Positions 30,615-41,886 are shown, numbered from the stretch's first letter. The stretch is 44,092 nt of DNA from Verrucomicrobiota bacterium (GCA_019246215.1 JAFAQT010000031.1:1-44092); one strand, 5' to 3'. Notes: generated by a model from the sequence alone, not told the origin. A program made the numbers and translations.

Positions 30615-31811
30615 ATGCACAGCTTAGCCGAAACCGCCGATAAGCGGTTCCTTTCTTTCGCCCCAGGTTTCTGGTCAACGATCGTTCCTGAACTCTGGAA
30701 TGACTGGAAATGGCAACTTAAGAATCGGATCACTAATCTTCAGCAACTTGAACAAAAGTTTGCCTTAACCCCCGAGGAGCGGGCCGGGGTGATCCTGTCC
30801 GGAAATAAGCTTGCGCTCGCGATCACACCTCACTTTTTTAATCTCATCGACCCGGAAGATGCAGATTGCCCGATTCGTCGACAAGTCATTCCGCGTGTCG
30901 AGGAGTCCTATCAATCTCCGCTCGAAATGGCTGATCCGTGCGGCGAAGACTCCCACATGCCAGTCCCGGGACTTGTCCATCGCTATCCCGATCGGGTGCT
31001 CTTTCTGGTTACCGACCGATGCGCCTCGTATTGTCGCTATTGCACTAGGAGCCGCGTGGTGAGTGGCGTTGGCGAACACGAGTTGCACACCAATTTTGAG
31101 GAAGCTTATCGATATTTGGAAACTCACCTAGAAATCCGAGATGTCTTGCTTTCCGGTGGAGATGCCCTGCTACTTTCCGACGATAAACTCCGCGGGATTT
31201 TGCGGCGTTTGCGCGCCATCGAACACATAGAGTTTGTCCGGATCGGCACACGTGTCCCAATTTTCCTGCCGCAACGGATCACACCGGAGTTGTGCCGGAT
31301 GCTCCAGGAATTTCATCCCCTCTGGATGAGCGTTCACGTCAACCATCCCCGCGAGTTGACCACCGAGGTGAGGACAGCTCTCGAACGCCTCGTCGATCAT
31401 GGAATACCGCTCGGAAACCAGAGCGTGCTCCTGAAAGGGGTAAATGACGATTTGACTGTGATGAGGGCACTTGTTCACAAACTGGTGATGTGCCGCGTCC
31501 GCCCGTATTATATCTATCAGTGTGACCTCATCCACGGGTCGGCTCACCTCCGAACCTCCGTGGCGAAAGGGATCGAGATTATCGAAGGTCTCCGGGGTCA
31601 CACGACCGGCTACGCTGTACCGCAGTTCGTCATCGATGCACCAGGGGGAGGCGGTAAAGTTCCAATAAACCCAGGATACATTCTCTATCATGACCACGAG
31701 AAGATCGTGATCAGAAATTACGAAGGGAAAATCTTCGAATATCCTGAATCGGAGACGACTGGGCATTCCAGTGCCAGCTCAGACTATGTAGACGAATATT
31801 TGTACTCCTGA
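30615..31811 (+). CDS. kamA: KamA-family radical SAM enzyme (lysine 2,3-aminomutase-like)
   Basis: WNDWKWQLKN, GLVHRYPDR, CASYCRYC, NQSVLLKGVND, DAPGGGGKVP PLP-lysine motif. Confidence 0.88.
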   Translation: MHSLAETADKRFLSFAPGFWSTIVPELWNDWKWQLKNRITNLQQLEQKFALTPEERAGVILSGNKLALAITPHFFNLIDPEDADCPIRRQVIPRVEESYQSPLEMADPCGEDSHMPVPGLVHRYPDRVLFLVTDRCASYCRYCTRSRVVSGVGEHELHTNFEEAYRYLETHLEIRDVLLSGGDALLLSDDKLRGILRRLRAIEHIEFVRIGTRVPIFLPQRITPELCRMLQEFHPLWMSVHVNHPRELTTEVRTALERLVDHGIPLGNQSVLLKGVNDDLTVMRALVHKLVMCRVRPYYIYQCDLIHGSAHLRTSVAKGIEIIEGLRGHTTGYAVPQFVIDAPGGGGKVPINPGYILYHDHEKIVIRNYEGKIFEYPESETTGHSSASSDYVDEYLYS

Positions 31812-31814
31812 AAG

Positions 31815-31965
31815 CAGTTTGCCAGCGTCAATTGTCAGTTGCCAGTTAAAGAAAGATAATTCGGAACCGCGCAGCTTCTCCCACGGCTAACTGCATTCGA
31901 GCGCTGGAATCTGGGCGCGACGCTGCTTTTCCAGCTGGCAACTGACAATTGAGACTGGCAAACTG
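31815..31965. repeat. MITE/REP-like element with 31-bp inverted arms
   Basis: CAGTTTGCCAGCGTCAATTGTCAGTTGCCAG (31815-45) and CTGGCAACTGACAATTGAGACTGGCAAACTG (31935-65) are 29/31 complementary. Confidence 0.85.
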
Positions 31966-31978
31966 GTATACTGCTTGC

Positions 31979-33148
31979 ATGGCCGGGATCGTCGTCAAAC
32001 CGCGTGCGCGGATTTTCCACGGACACGACTGGGTCTACAGCTCAGAGGTTCTGAAGATCTTTGGTAACCCAGAGGCTGGGGATGTTATCTCGCTCAAAGA
32101 CGCGCAAGATCGCTTGTTGGGATCTGCGATCTACAATCCGAATTCGCAGATCATTGCCAGACGATTCTCGCGGCGCAAACAGGCGTTAGACCACGATTTC
32201 TTTATCCGTAGAATCGGCCAAGCGATTTCCTCCCGCGAAAAACTCGGGATTCTGCGAAGCCCAGGGCGAGTCGTGTGGAGTGAAAGCGACGGATTGCCCG
32301 GGGTGATTATCGATCGTTACGGAACACATCTCGTTCTGCAAACTCTCACCCTGGCGATGGATCGGAAAAAGGAGTTAATTGTCGAAGTTGCCAAACAGCT
32401 CCTGTCGCCCGGTTCGATTATCGAAAGGAATGACGCACCGATCCGGAAAGCAGAAGGCCTCAAAAGCGCCGCAGGTCCCCTCTATGGGGAGCAGCCGGGC
32501 ACGATCACAATCGAGGCGAAGGGAATACGGTTTCATGTCGACCTGATGACAGGACACAAGACGGGACTTTACCTAGACCAACTGGACAATTATGAGGCAG
32601 TAGCAAAACTCTCTAATGGTTTAAGGGTCCTCGACTGTTTTGCAAATCAAGGGGCATTTGCGATTGCATGCGCCAACGCTGGAGCCTCGACTGTCACGGC
32701 CGTCGAAATCAGCGATCAATTAGTGAAGCTGATCGACGAGAACGCTCAACTGAACGGAGTCAGCATCACCACGGAGGAAGCGAATGTCTTTGACTACCTT
32801 TCGACGCAAATTCGAGAAAACGTGCAGTTTGATCTAATAATACTTGATCCCCCTTCTTTCACCAAAACCAAAGAATCGCTCAACAGCGCGCGGCGAGGTT
32901 ATAAGGAGATTCATTTACGCGCTCTTCAATTGCTGGCGCCGGACGGATATCTGGCGACATTCTCCTGCTCACATCACGTTTCACGTGAAATGTTCCTGGA
33001 GATGATCGTCGATGCTAGCGTGGATGCAAAGCGACACGTGCGAATCATCAAGTATCTATCGCAGCCGCTCGATCACCCGATTCTTCCACACATTCCGGAG
33101 ACCGAGTATCTAAAGGGGTACCTGCTCCAGGTGCTGCCGGGACGTTAA
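31979..33148 (+). CDS. rlmI: Class I SAM-dependent rRNA methyltransferase (RlmI-like)
   Basis: PUA-like GHDWVYSSE, SESDGLPG.IIDRY, GHKTGLYLDQ, ILDPPSF, FSCS, PETEYLK. Confidence 0.88.
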   Translation: MAGIVVKPRARIFHGHDWVYSSEVLKIFGNPEAGDVISLKDAQDRLLGSAIYNPNSQIIARRFSRRKQALDHDFFIRRIGQAISSREKLGILRSPGRVVWSESDGLPGVIIDRYGTHLVLQTLTLAMDRKKELIVEVAKQLLSPGSIIERNDAPIRKAEGLKSAAGPLYGEQPGTITIEAKGIRFHVDLMTGHKTGLYLDQLDNYEAVAKLSNGLRVLDCFANQGAFAIACANAGASTVTAVEISDQLVKLIDENAQLNGVSITTEEANVFDYLSTQIRENVQFDLIILDPPSFTKTKESLNSARRGYKEIHLRALQLLAPDGYLATFSCSHHVSREMFLEMIVDASVDAKRHVRIIKYLSQPLDHPILPHIPETEYLKGYLLQVLPGR

Positions 33149-33150
33149 GG

Positions 33151-33345
33151 CAGTTGCCAGTGCCAGTGTTAACGTCAGTGCTTGCCAGAGGGGGAGCGTA
33201 GCCGGCGTGGCGGTGCTCTTGACGGTGGGACCCCTCGTCCGAATCCGGCAAAGTAGCTCGCGGCCAAATAGGAGGCTGGACCTGCAAATCCCGGCTCAAC
33301 CTACCCGCGGTTCAACACTGGCATTGCCACTGACACTGAGAACTG
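33151..33345. repeat. Intergenic element with imperfect inverted CAGTTGC/CAGTGC arms
   Basis: CAGTTGCCAGTGCCAGTGTT (33151-70) versus AACACTGGCATTGCCACTGACACTGAGAACTG (33314-45). Confidence 0.65.
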
Positions 33346-33402
33346 GTTTGAGATCACAGATTTTCGTTGCGGCCGCCTTTGTTTTCCTGACAATGGAGTT
33401 TC

Positions 33403-34014
33403 ATGTCGGAGAGTATGAAAGAACCGTTTCTTGATCTTCCGGACGAGCAATCTCCCTCACCTGAATTGCTCGATTCGCAGGTCCAACGGGCTCAGGAGCA
33501 GCTTCTGCAGCTAAAGCGGCAGCAGGAGCAGATCGAAAAACAGAAACGTGAACTCGAGGAGCTCAGCCGGAAACAGGAGGACCTTGAGAAGGGTCGCGCC
33601 GACATGATCGAAAAGCTCACCCGATCGCTCGTGGTGATCGAGCGAGAAACCTATGAAGCCGAAAAACGTGTGGAACAGTTGCGGCTCACAAACGCGACCT
33701 TCGCGCAACATCTCGATTCTCTCGAAAGGATTAATCCGAAAAGTTGGAGCAATTCGGATCTCCACAAAGAATTGAGCAAAGCGTTGAGCGCGGTGGATGA
33801 CGCCCGCGCCGAATACACGAAATCACTTACGAAAATCAATGCCAAGTCCGATGGAGAAGTAATCAAGCCAGGTCCGACGGTGGAGGAGGGTTACTATACG
33901 CCACCAGACGATGCCAGCTTCGCGGTGTGGCTCAAAAGGGGTTTCGCATTTACGCTCCCCGTTTTAATTTTTGGGTTAAGCGCGCTGCTGGTTTTCTACT
34001 TCATGCGCGGATGA
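33403..34014 (+). CDS. Hypothetical coiled-coil protein with a C-terminal TM anchor
   Basis: E/Q/K/L heptads over about aa 22-150; hydrophobic C-terminus FAFTLPVLIFGLSALLVFYF. Confidence 0.8.
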   Translation: MSESMKEPFLDLPDEQSPSPELLDSQVQRAQEQLLQLKRQQEQIEKQKRELEELSRKQEDLEKGRADMIEKLTRSLVVIERETYEAEKRVEQLRLTNATFAQHLDSLERINPKSWSNSDLHKELSKALSAVDDARAEYTKSLTKINAKSDGEVIKPGPTVEEGYYTPPDDASFAVWLKRGFAFTLPVLIFGLSALLVFYFMRG

Positions 34015-34026
34015 TACTGTTAAGCG

Positions 34027-34404
34027 ATGGGACGCAGACGATTTAACGATTCCCCGATTTCGGCGAAACAGGACGAGCTCGCGAAACAGGAAGAAGAGCT
34101 GCGTCGCCAGATGGAGGAATTGCAGCGCAAGATCGAGGAAGCCCCAAAGTTGGCGCAGGCCGAGCAGGAACGGCAGCGACAGGAAAGGATCGCGCGGGCA
34201 TCCACGAGACGGAGCCCACTGGATTCCCCGGACATCTTGCAGGATTCGCGGCACGGCGAGGATTTGTTCACAGAGCGCCCGCGTCGGCCGAGACGCGCGC
34301 AACGGCGTCAAGCCCGACTGCGCCTGTTGATTTCCTGTTTGGCGGTGCTAGTCCTGGTTGCCATCGTTATCTTTCTGACGATCCAGATGTTCAATCACCT
34401 CTGA
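34027..34404 (+). CDS. Hypothetical coiled-coil protein with a C-terminal TM anchor
   Basis: N-terminal coiled coil, Arg-rich juxtamembrane segment, then LLISCLAVLVLVAIVIFLTI. Confidence 0.78.
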   Translation: MGRRRFNDSPISAKQDELAKQEEELRRQMEELQRKIEEAPKLAQAEQERQRQERIARASTRRSPLDSPDILQDSRHGEDLFTERPRRPRRAQRRQARLRLLISCLAVLVLVAIVIFLTIQMFNHL

Positions 34405-34501
34405 GTAGCGAAGTCTCAGTGCCGGTCTGCTGATAAAATCTACAGGCCCTTCTCTCGGTTGCGAAACGCCCGCACTAGCCCTATTCGTTACCACGATCAC
34501 C

Positions 34502-34789
34502 ATGAGCTCAAAGAACTTTGACGTCGAATACCTGGCCGAACTGGCCCGCATCAAATTGACTCCAGACGAGATCAAAACATTCGAAGCCCAATTAGGACTA
34601 GTGCTAGAGCACGTAGCAAAACTGAATGCGATCGACGTCTTACAAGTCGAACCAATGGCTCACAGTTTCCCAATTTACAACGTCTTTCGCGAAGATGAGA
34701 TGGGAGAAAGCTTGGATCGCGAGGCAGCTCTCGCGAACGCGCCGAAACAAGCCCAGGGATTATTCATCGTAACGAAAGTCGTGGAGTAA
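34502..34789 (+). CDS. gatC: Asp/Glu-tRNA amidotransferase subunit C
   Basis: VEYLAELARI.L, NVFRED, LANAP...GLFIVTKVVE; upstream of gatA. Confidence 0.95.
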   Translation: MSSKNFDVEYLAELARIKLTPDEIKTFEAQLGLVLEHVAKLNAIDVLQVEPMAHSFPIYNVFREDEMGESLDREAALANAPKQAQGLFIVTKVVE

Positions 34790-34793
34790 CGCA

Positions 34794-36296
34794 GTGGAAC
34801 TCACCTCGCTGACCGTTCACGAACTTCAGCCGTTGATCCGCACTGGGCAAATCTCGCCAAAGGAGGCTGTCGAAGCGTTGGGGCGCCGGATCGAAGAAGT
34901 GGATCCATTCATCCACGGCTACCTGTCACACGATCTAGACCGCGCAATTTCGGACGCTCAAAAAGCCGATGTGCGTCTTCCTCTAGGCGGTGTGCCGATT
35001 TCCATCAAAGATGTCATCAACGTCAAAGGCCATCCTTGCGGTTGTGCCTCAAAGATTCTCGAAGGGTACGTCGCCCCGTACGACGCGACGGTCATTGCGA
35101 AGTTACGGGCTGCCGGCGCTGTACCGTTCGGCCGAGTCAATATGGACGAATTCGCCATGGGTTCTTCGACCGAAAATTCGGCATTCGGTCCGACCCGAAA
35201 CCCGTGGGATCTTACGCGCATTCCGGGCGGTTCGAGCGGCGGCTCCGCGGCGGTAGTCGCTGCCGATGAGGCTTTCGCAGCTCTTGGATCGGACACAGGT
35301 GGTTCAATCCGCCAACCCGCTGCCTTTTGCGGTCGAGTCGGGCTAAAGCCAACTTATGGTCGAGTCTCGCGTTTTGGTCTCGTCGCTTTTGCCTCTTCAC
35401 TGGACCAAATCGGCCCGATCACGAAAGATGTGCGGGACGCGGCTATCCTGATGAATATTATTTCCGGTCCCGACGAATTTGACTCCACCTCCCTGGACGA
35501 CCACGTACCGGATTTTACCGTTGCCCTTGAGAAAGGAGTCAAGGGACTGAAGCTTGGTCTCCCGAAAGAGTATTTTATTGAAGGGCTCGATCTCGAGGTG
35601 GAAAAAACTGTGCGGGCGGCTGTCGCCAACCTTGAGGGACTTGGCGCCGAGGTGATCGAGATTTCGTTACCCCACACCGAATTCGCCCTAAGCACCTATT
35701 ATATCATCGCTCCTGCCGAAGCCTCTGCGAACCTCGCCAGATTTGATGGCGTACGGTATGGTGCCCGCGCCAAAGGAACAAAGAGTTTGCTGGAACATTA
35801 TGGCAAAACAAGAGAAGAAGGGTTCGGCCCGGAAGTCAAACGGCGGATTATCCTGGGCACGTACGTGCTGAGTTCGGGCTACTACGACGCTTATTATCTG
35901 CGAGCTCAAAAGGTTCGGACGCTGATACGACAGGATTTCGCCGCTGCCTTTGAGAAGGTCGATGCTATTGTCTGTCCGACATCTCCAACACCGGCGTTCA
36001 AATTAGGTGAACGGACAAATGATCCTCTTAGCATGTATCTCGCAGACATTTTTACGTTGGCCGCAAACATCGCCGGGATCTGCGGCATAAGTGTCCCGTG
36101 CGGTTTTCTCGAGAGAGAGGAAAAACAGCTTCCCGTTGGTCTCCAGATCCTTGGCAAGGAGCTAAATGAGCCCGTTGTGCTCCAGATCGCTTATGCGTAC
36201 GAACAGAACACAGTTTGGCATAAGGCGAAGCCGCGCGTCACCTTTTCGCCCGCGAAATCAAGCGAAGGAAGAAGCGACGAGCTCATCGCGGATTAG
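34794..36296 (+). CDS. gatA: Asp/Glu-tRNA amidotransferase subunit A
   Basis: NMDEFAMGSSTENS, PGGSSGGS, GSDTGGSIRQPA, EVKRRIILGTYVLS.GYYDAYY. Confidence 0.97.
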   Translation: MELTSLTVHELQPLIRTGQISPKEAVEALGRRIEEVDPFIHGYLSHDLDRAISDAQKADVRLPLGGVPISIKDVINVKGHPCGCASKILEGYVAPYDATVIAKLRAAGAVPFGRVNMDEFAMGSSTENSAFGPTRNPWDLTRIPGGSSGGSAAVVAADEAFAALGSDTGGSIRQPAAFCGRVGLKPTYGRVSRFGLVAFASSLDQIGPITKDVRDAAILMNIISGPDEFDSTSLDDHVPDFTVALEKGVKGLKLGLPKEYFIEGLDLEVEKTVRAAVANLEGLGAEVIEISLPHTEFALSTYYIIAPAEASANLARFDGVRYGARAKGTKSLLEHYGKTREEGFGPEVKRRIILGTYVLSSGYYDAYYLRAQKVRTLIRQDFAAAFEKVDAIVCPTSPTPAFKLGERTNDPLSMYLADIFTLAANIAGICGISVPCGFLEREEKQLPVGLQILGKELNEPVVLQIAYAYEQNTVWHKAKPRVTFSPAKSSEGRSDELIAD

Positions 36297-36300
36297 ATGT

Positions 36301-38250
36301 TCAGTCGTGGACTCCTTTCAGTTTTGCCAGCACGTTGAAATCCTCGAGCGTTGTGGTGTCGCCTGTGACTTGGCCACCGCCCGCAATTTCTTTGAGCAGA
36401 CGGCGCATGATTTTTCCGCTTCGAGTCTTTGGCAAACCCTCCGCAAAACGGATATCGTCCGGCTTGGCAATAGCCCCGATCGCCGTTGCGACATGCTGTC
36501 GCAATTTTTCTCTAAGTTCCGGCGTGGGATGCTCCTTTTCCTTGAGCGTCACGAAAGCAACCACCGCTTGGCCCTTGATTTCATCGGGACGCCCCACTAC
36601 AGCGGCCTCCGCCACGCAGGGATGGCTGACCAATGCACTTTCGATTTCCGACGTCCCTAGCCGGTGCCCGGCGACGTTCAGAACGTCATCGATCCGTCCA
36701 ACGATCCAGAAGTAACCGTCCTTGTCTCTTCGCGCCCCATCGCCCGTAAAGTAGCATCCTTTGACCTCGCTCCAGTATTGTTTTTTATAACGTTGTTTGT
36801 CGCCCCAAATCGTGCGCAACATCGAGGGCCACGGCTTACGTACCACGAGTTTGCCTCCTACGTTCGGCGGCACTTCTTCCCCCTGGTCATCCACTACCGC
36901 CGCATCGATCCCAAAAAACGGCAGAGTCGCTGAACCCGGTTTAAGAGGCGTGGCGCCGGGCAGCGGAGTAATCATGATCGCTCCTGTCTCGGTCTGCCAC
37001 CACGTATCGACGATTGGGCAGCGACCACCCCCGATGACGGTGTGATACCACATCCATGCCTCCGGGTTAATTGGTTCTCCCACTGTTCCCAGCAATCGGA
37101 GCGAAGAAAGATCATGCTGATTTGGATATTCGTCGCCCCACCGAATGAAGGCTCGAATTGCGGTAGGCGCAGTGTAAAGCAGGGTTACTCCATACTCCTC
37201 GATCAACTCCCATAATCGATCCGGTTCCGGCCAGTTCGGAGCACCTTCGTAGATCAAAACCGTGGCGCCATTACAAAGCGGACCGTACACGGTGTAGCTG
37301 TGACCGGTGACCCAACCAATATCTGCGGTGCACCAGTAAATATCTTCGGATTTCAGATCGAAAACGTATTTCGTAGTTAGAGCCGTTCCCAACAAATATC
37401 CGGCACTGGTGTGCATTATTCCTTTTGGTTTGCCGGTCGAGCCGCTGGTGTAAAGGATATAGAGGGGATCTTCGGAATCCATCAACTCGGGCGGACAGTT
37501 TCCGTCGACATACTCCATTTCCCTGTGCCACCATGCATCCCGTCCTTCCTTGATGTGAATCTCGTTGTTCGCCCGACGAAAGACGATGACCCGTTCAATC
37601 TGCTCATTGTCTTTCAAGGCATCATCGACATTTTTCTTCAACGGAACGATGGCCCCGCGCCGATATCCGCCATCCGCGGTAATCACCATCCTGGCCCCGC
37701 AATCTTTGATGCGATCCTTAATGGATTCAGAACTGAATCCTCCGAAAACCACGGAATGAATGGCCCCGATTCTGGCGCAAGCCAACATTGCGATGGCAGC
37801 CTCGGGGCACATCGGCATGTAGATTATGACGCGGTCTCCCTTTTTGATGTGGTTCCGCTTCAGAACGTTGGCAAACTTGCATACCTCGCGATGGAGTTGC
37901 TGGTAGGTCAAAGTCACCTTATCACCGGGCTCACCTTCCCAGATCAAGGCTGCTTTATTTCGGGTTGCCCCGGTCAGATGCCGATCGAGACAGTTCTCGG
38001 AGACATTTAATTTACCGCCAACAAACCACTTTGCGAAAGGCTCTTTCCATTCTAGAACGGTCTTCCATTTTTTCCGCCAAAAGAGCAGCTCGCCTGCCTG
38101 TTTTGCCCAGAATTTTTCCGGATTAATTATCGATTTACGATATAACTCCATATATTCCGCCAAGCTGGTGATGTGCGCTTTTTTTGAAAGTTCTTTGCTG
38201 GGCTTAAAGATGCGATTCTCGACCAGATGCGATTCAATGTTGGTACTCAT
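36301..38250 (-). CDS. acs: Acetyl-CoA synthetase
   Basis: [45 protein letters not shown]. Confidence 0.97.
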   Translation of the reverse strand: MSTNIESHLVENRIFKPSKELSKKAHITSLAEYMELYRKSIINPEKFWAKQAGELLFWRKKWKTVLEWKEPFAKWFVGGKLNVSENCLDRHLTGATRNKAALIWEGEPGDKVTLTYQQLHREVCKFANVLKRNHIKKGDRVIIYMPMCPEAAIAMLACARIGAIHSVVFGGFSSESIKDRIKDCGARMVITADGGYRRGAIVPLKKNVDDALKDNEQIERVIVFRRANNEIHIKEGRDAWWHREMEYVDGNCPPELMDSEDPLYILYTSGSTGKPKGIMHTSAGYLLGTALTTKYVFDLKSEDIYWCTADIGWVTGHSYTVYGPLCNGATVLIYEGAPNWPEPDRLWELIEEYGVTLLYTAPTAIRAFIRWGDEYPNQHDLSSLRLLGTVGEPINPEAWMWYHTVIGGGRCPIVDTWWQTETGAIMITPLPGATPLKPGSATLPFFGIDAAVVDDQGEEVPPNVGGKLVVRKPWPSMLRTIWGDKQRYKKQYWSEVKGCYFTGDGARRDKDGYFWIVGRIDDVLNVAGHRLGTSEIESALVSHPCVAEAAVVGRPDEIKGQAVVAFVTLKEKEHPTPELREKLRQHVATAIGAIAKPDDIRFAEGLPKTRSGKIMRRLLKEIAGGGQVTGDTTTLEDFNVLAKLKGVHD

Positions 38251-38334
38251 AAGGGGGTACAAATTGTTCCTCGTTAGAGTCTCTATTGCAAACAAGAGAT
38301 CGGAAAGGAAGCACTATCGCCTTGCGGAGGCGGT

Positions 38335-38727
38335 TTATACTCTCATCACGGGAAGAGGATAGCGGAGGACCAGCTCGTCATCCAAAAGTATCTCGACGTG
38401 ATGCAAACCGTACTGTTGGAATTGCACGCCGGCGAACACGTTCACATTGGTCACGTGGCCGTCCAGTTCCTTCAGCTCGAATTCGATGTGCGATTCGGCC
38501 ATTATTTGCACCTCCTCGACACCTAGAATTCGAGATGTCTGGCGAAATTTGCCGAAACCGCCACACCAGCGCGTCCAGAGACAGAGTTTCAAGAGACCAA
38601 CTGGCAGCGTCGGAGTTGGGAGAACGTTAATCACTCCGACCAGAGTCTGGAGACCATTCACTTCCTGCCTAACATCTTCACATACGATCGATGCCTGGAG
38701 ATCAGGAAGAAGTTTGTCCGCTTCCAT
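38335..38727 (-). CDS. Hypothetical beta-rich protein
   Basis: Co-oriented ORF between P-II and acs with a CEDVRQE..G...LVG motif and alternating beta-strand pattern. Confidence 0.7.
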   Translation of the reverse strand: MEADKLLPDLQASIVCEDVRQEVNGLQTLVGVINVLPTPTLPVGLLKLCLWTRWCGGFGKFRQTSRILGVEEVQIMAESHIEFELKELDGHVTNVNVFAGVQFQQYGLHHVEILLDDELVLRYPLPVMRV

Positions 38728-38802
38728 GAAATCTCTTTCGCCGCCGTTCCGGGGCCCCAGCTTCATCGTGCGATCTCCGGGATCGCTGCCCCCAAAAACG
38801 GC

Positions 38803-39195
<393 letters not shown>

Positions 39196-39230
39196 TCACG
39201 GCCACGGACCAATGCTGCATTCGTCGGCAC

Positions 39231-39827
39231 TTACGCTCGCCGGTGGAATCTTTCGGCGATTTCGGCGATCACCGCCGGCACAAGCACGTGTTCCGACTGC
39301 TGGATTCGAGCATGCAAGCTCTCCGGGGTGTCGCCCAACAATATCGGCACGGTCTTTGCGCCCAGAATCTCACCCGCGTCGACTGCCGCTTCGACATAGT
39401 GCACGGTGCATCCGGTCACTCTCTCGCCCGCTGCCAGAGCCTGTTTCCATGCTTCCAGTCCGGGAAACTTCGGCAGCAATGAAGGGTGAATGTTGATAAT
39501 TCTTCGTGGAAAAGCGCTGAGCAACGGTTGCTTGACGATTCGCATGAAGCCGGCAAGAATAACGAGTTCGACTTGCGCTTCCTGCAATAGACGAACGATG
39601 TTTTCTTCAATTTCCGGCTCAAGCCTAGTTCTAAACCGACCGGGGCAAACATACAGGCCGGGAATCTTAAAATCGCGAGCAACTTTTAGAATACCGGAAT
39701 TATCCACGTCGGAAATAACGATCCGTACTTCAGCATCCAATTGGCCATCGACGATCTTTTCCACGATTGCTCGGAAATTCGACCCCTTTCCGGATCCCAG
39801 CACTCCAAGCCGCAACGGACGTTTCAT
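39231..39827 (-). CDS. purN: Phosphoribosylglycinamide formyltransferase
   Basis: GSGKGSNF, LAGFMRI, NIHPSLLPKFPG, TGCTVHYV. Confidence 0.96.
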   Translation of the reverse strand: MKRPLRLGVLGSGKGSNFRAIVEKIVDGQLDAEVRIVISDVDNSGILKVARDFKIPGLYVCPGRFRTRLEPEIEENIVRLLQEAQVELVILAGFMRIVKQPLLSAFPRRIINIHPSLLPKFPGLEAWKQALAAGERVTGCTVHYVEAAVDAGEILGAKTVPILLGDTPESLHARIQQSEHVLVPAVIAEIAERFHRRA

Positions 39828-40303
39828 CTTCGCTGAATAGCCTTAACGAGCTTCGAAGTCGATTTATCGGGCACCAAAGGTAGAATTTTAATTGTCGCAC
39901 CGATCTCCTCGAGTGCCGCCACTTCGTTCGGATCCAAAGTCTTGACGGTATAATCCCCTCCCTTCGCATAGACGTGCGGACGCACCTGCCGCAGAAGGTT
40001 GTCGACCCGCTTTTCACTGAAAATGATCACGTAATCAACTGCCTCGAGCCCGGCCATCACTTCCGCTCGATCTTCCTGCGAATTCAATGGACGGCCATCC
40101 CCTTTCAATTCTCGAACCGAGGCGTCCCCATTCAGACCGACGATCAGAATGTCCCCGAGTTGTTTGGCTGCTGCCAAGTACCGCACGTGACCCGCATGTA
40201 AGATATCGAAACAACCGTTGGTGAAGACGATCGTTTTCCCCTTATGCAGGCTTCGCAGATCCACGGCCTTCATTCGATCCAGAATCTTAGTCACCCCGAT
40301 CAT
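39824..40303 (-). CDS. rfaE2: Cytidylyltransferase-family nucleotidyltransferase (RfaE domain II / HldC)
   Basis: VFTNGCFDILHAGHVRYL, GLNGD.SV..LKG..RP, KGGDY, STS. Confidence 0.9.
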   Translation of the reverse strand: MIGVTKILDRMKAVDLRSLHKGKTIVFTNGCFDILHAGHVRYLAAAKQLGDILIVGLNGDASVRELKGDGRPLNSQEDRAEVMAGLEAVDYVIIFSEKRVDNLLRQVRPHVYAKGGDYTVKTLDPNEVAALEEIGATIKILPLVPDKSTSKLVKAIQRR

Positions 40304-40354
40304 CGTTTTTTGTGTTGCAGTAGCAGGTTATCCCACTAAGTCTACTCATTTCCC

Positions 40355-41467
40355 ATGACAGATGCGCGTTTTGACGTTTTAGCAGAGGTTTTGATCGGTT
40401 TCTCAACTAAGCTGAAAAAAGGCGAGCGGGTCCTCATCGATGCCTTCGATGCACCCGCGGAAATGGTTATCGCTTTGATCCGCTCCGCGCGCTCCAAAGG
40501 CGCGTTTCCGTTCGTTAATCTCCAATCAAATGTCATCGCGAGGGAGTTGCTCAGAGGCGCTGAAGATGAACAATATCGGACGTTTCGCGACTTCGAGATG
40601 GCTAGGATGAAGACGATGGACGCCTATATCGCACTTCGGGGGAGCCACAATGCAACCGAATTTTCAGACGTAGATCCCGTGCGAATGCAGCTCGCAATGA
40701 AACTCCTCCAGCCAGTTGTCGAGCAACGTGTGAACAAAACTAAATGGGTTGTCCTGCGTTGGCCAACTCCAGCCATGGCGCAGATGGCCGGGATGAGTAC
40801 GGAGGCATTTGAGGAATTGTATTTCAATGTCTGTACGCTCGATTATTCCAAAATGAAGCCCGGCATGGAGGCCCTGAAGTCACTGATGGACAAGACGGAC
40901 CACATCCAAATCACTGGACCGGGAACCGATTTACGTTTCAGCATAAAAGATATTCCCGCAATCATGTGCGGCGGGGAGCACAATGTCCCTGACGGCGAAG
41001 TCTTTTCCTGCCCCGTGCGAGAATCCGTAGAGGGTCACGTTCAGTTCAATGCTCCGACCGTTTATCAGGGAACTGCTTTTGATTCCGTCCGCCTCGAATT
41101 CAAAAACGGCAAAATTGTAGACGCCGTCTCGAGCAACACGAAGCGCCTAAACGCAATTCTCGATTCAGACGAAGGCGCTCGGTACATCGGTGAGTTCGCA
41201 CTTGGATTCAATCCCTACATCCGCGAGCCGATGCGCGACATTCTCTTTGACGAAAAGATCTGCGGTTCCTTCCATTTCACACCGGGGCAAGCCTATGAGC
41301 GCGCTGACAATGGCAACCGCAGCCAGGTCCATTGGGATCTCGTCTGCATCCAGCGACCCGATTATGGCGGGGGTAACATTTACTTTGACCAGAAGCTTAT
41401 CCGGAAAGATGGCCTCTTCTTCCCGAAAGAACTTCAAGCGCTCAATCCGGATAATCTAAAATCCTGA
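40355..41467 (+). CDS. M29 family aminopeptidase (AmpS/AmpT-like)
   Basis: [34 protein letters not shown]. Confidence 0.93.
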   Translation: MTDARFDVLAEVLIGFSTKLKKGERVLIDAFDAPAEMVIALIRSARSKGAFPFVNLQSNVIARELLRGAEDEQYRTFRDFEMARMKTMDAYIALRGSHNATEFSDVDPVRMQLAMKLLQPVVEQRVNKTKWVVLRWPTPAMAQMAGMSTEAFEELYFNVCTLDYSKMKPGMEALKSLMDKTDHIQITGPGTDLRFSIKDIPAIMCGGEHNVPDGEVFSCPVRESVEGHVQFNAPTVYQGTAFDSVRLEFKNGKIVDAVSSNTKRLNAILDSDEGARYIGEFALGFNPYIREPMRDILFDEKICGSFHFTPGQAYERADNGNRSQVHWDLVCIQRPDYGGGNIYFDQKLIRKDGLFFPKELQALNPDNLKS

Positions 41468-41886
41468 TAAGTCGGATTCAATTTGAGCTCGGGCCGCTTT
41501 GCCATCAAGTCCGTGTCCAACCGGCGGGCAAAATCCCTTACCAGTTCTCCGAATGCAGCAAACGGCACGGTAATCTCTCCCGCCGTGTAACTACCACTGA
41601 TCGTCATTTCGTCCCCTCGTCGATCAAACTGAAGTGTTGCGTCCGATTCGGTAAACTCGAACGTTTCGCTTCCCTCCGTGACCGCCAAGGCTTCCTCGAT
41701 CTCCCGCAAAGCCAGTGCAAAATCGATCAGCGGTATCCAGCCCCATTTCGCGCTCAGGTCTGTCTGATCTGTTCGAAGAATGACGTCGCCGGTTGCCGCA
41801 CAATAGCGGAGATCCGTCTCATCCGCTGCCGCTAGATCGATCAAATTCTCCTCCCAATCTTCGGAAAGCCGGTAGTCGATATGCAT
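41434..41886 (-). CDS. Hypothetical acidic protein, putative immunity protein
   Basis: 150-aa D/E-rich ORF ([17 protein letters not shown]) directly downstream of a toxin-like ORF; no signal peptide. Confidence 0.6.
   Translation of the reverse strand: MHIDYRLSEDWEENLIDLAAADETDLRYCAATGDVILRTDQTDLSAKWGWIPLIDFALALREIEEALAVTEGSETFEFTESDATLQFDRRGDEMTISGSYTAGEITVPFAAFGELVRDFARRLDTDLMAKRPELKLNPTYQDFRLSGLSA

Noticed and set aside
30615-31811. EpmB (EF-P beta-lysylation) assignment
   Set aside because: The sequence has the KamA-type PGGGGK motif, and no efp or epmA is adjacent. The substrate remains unproven.
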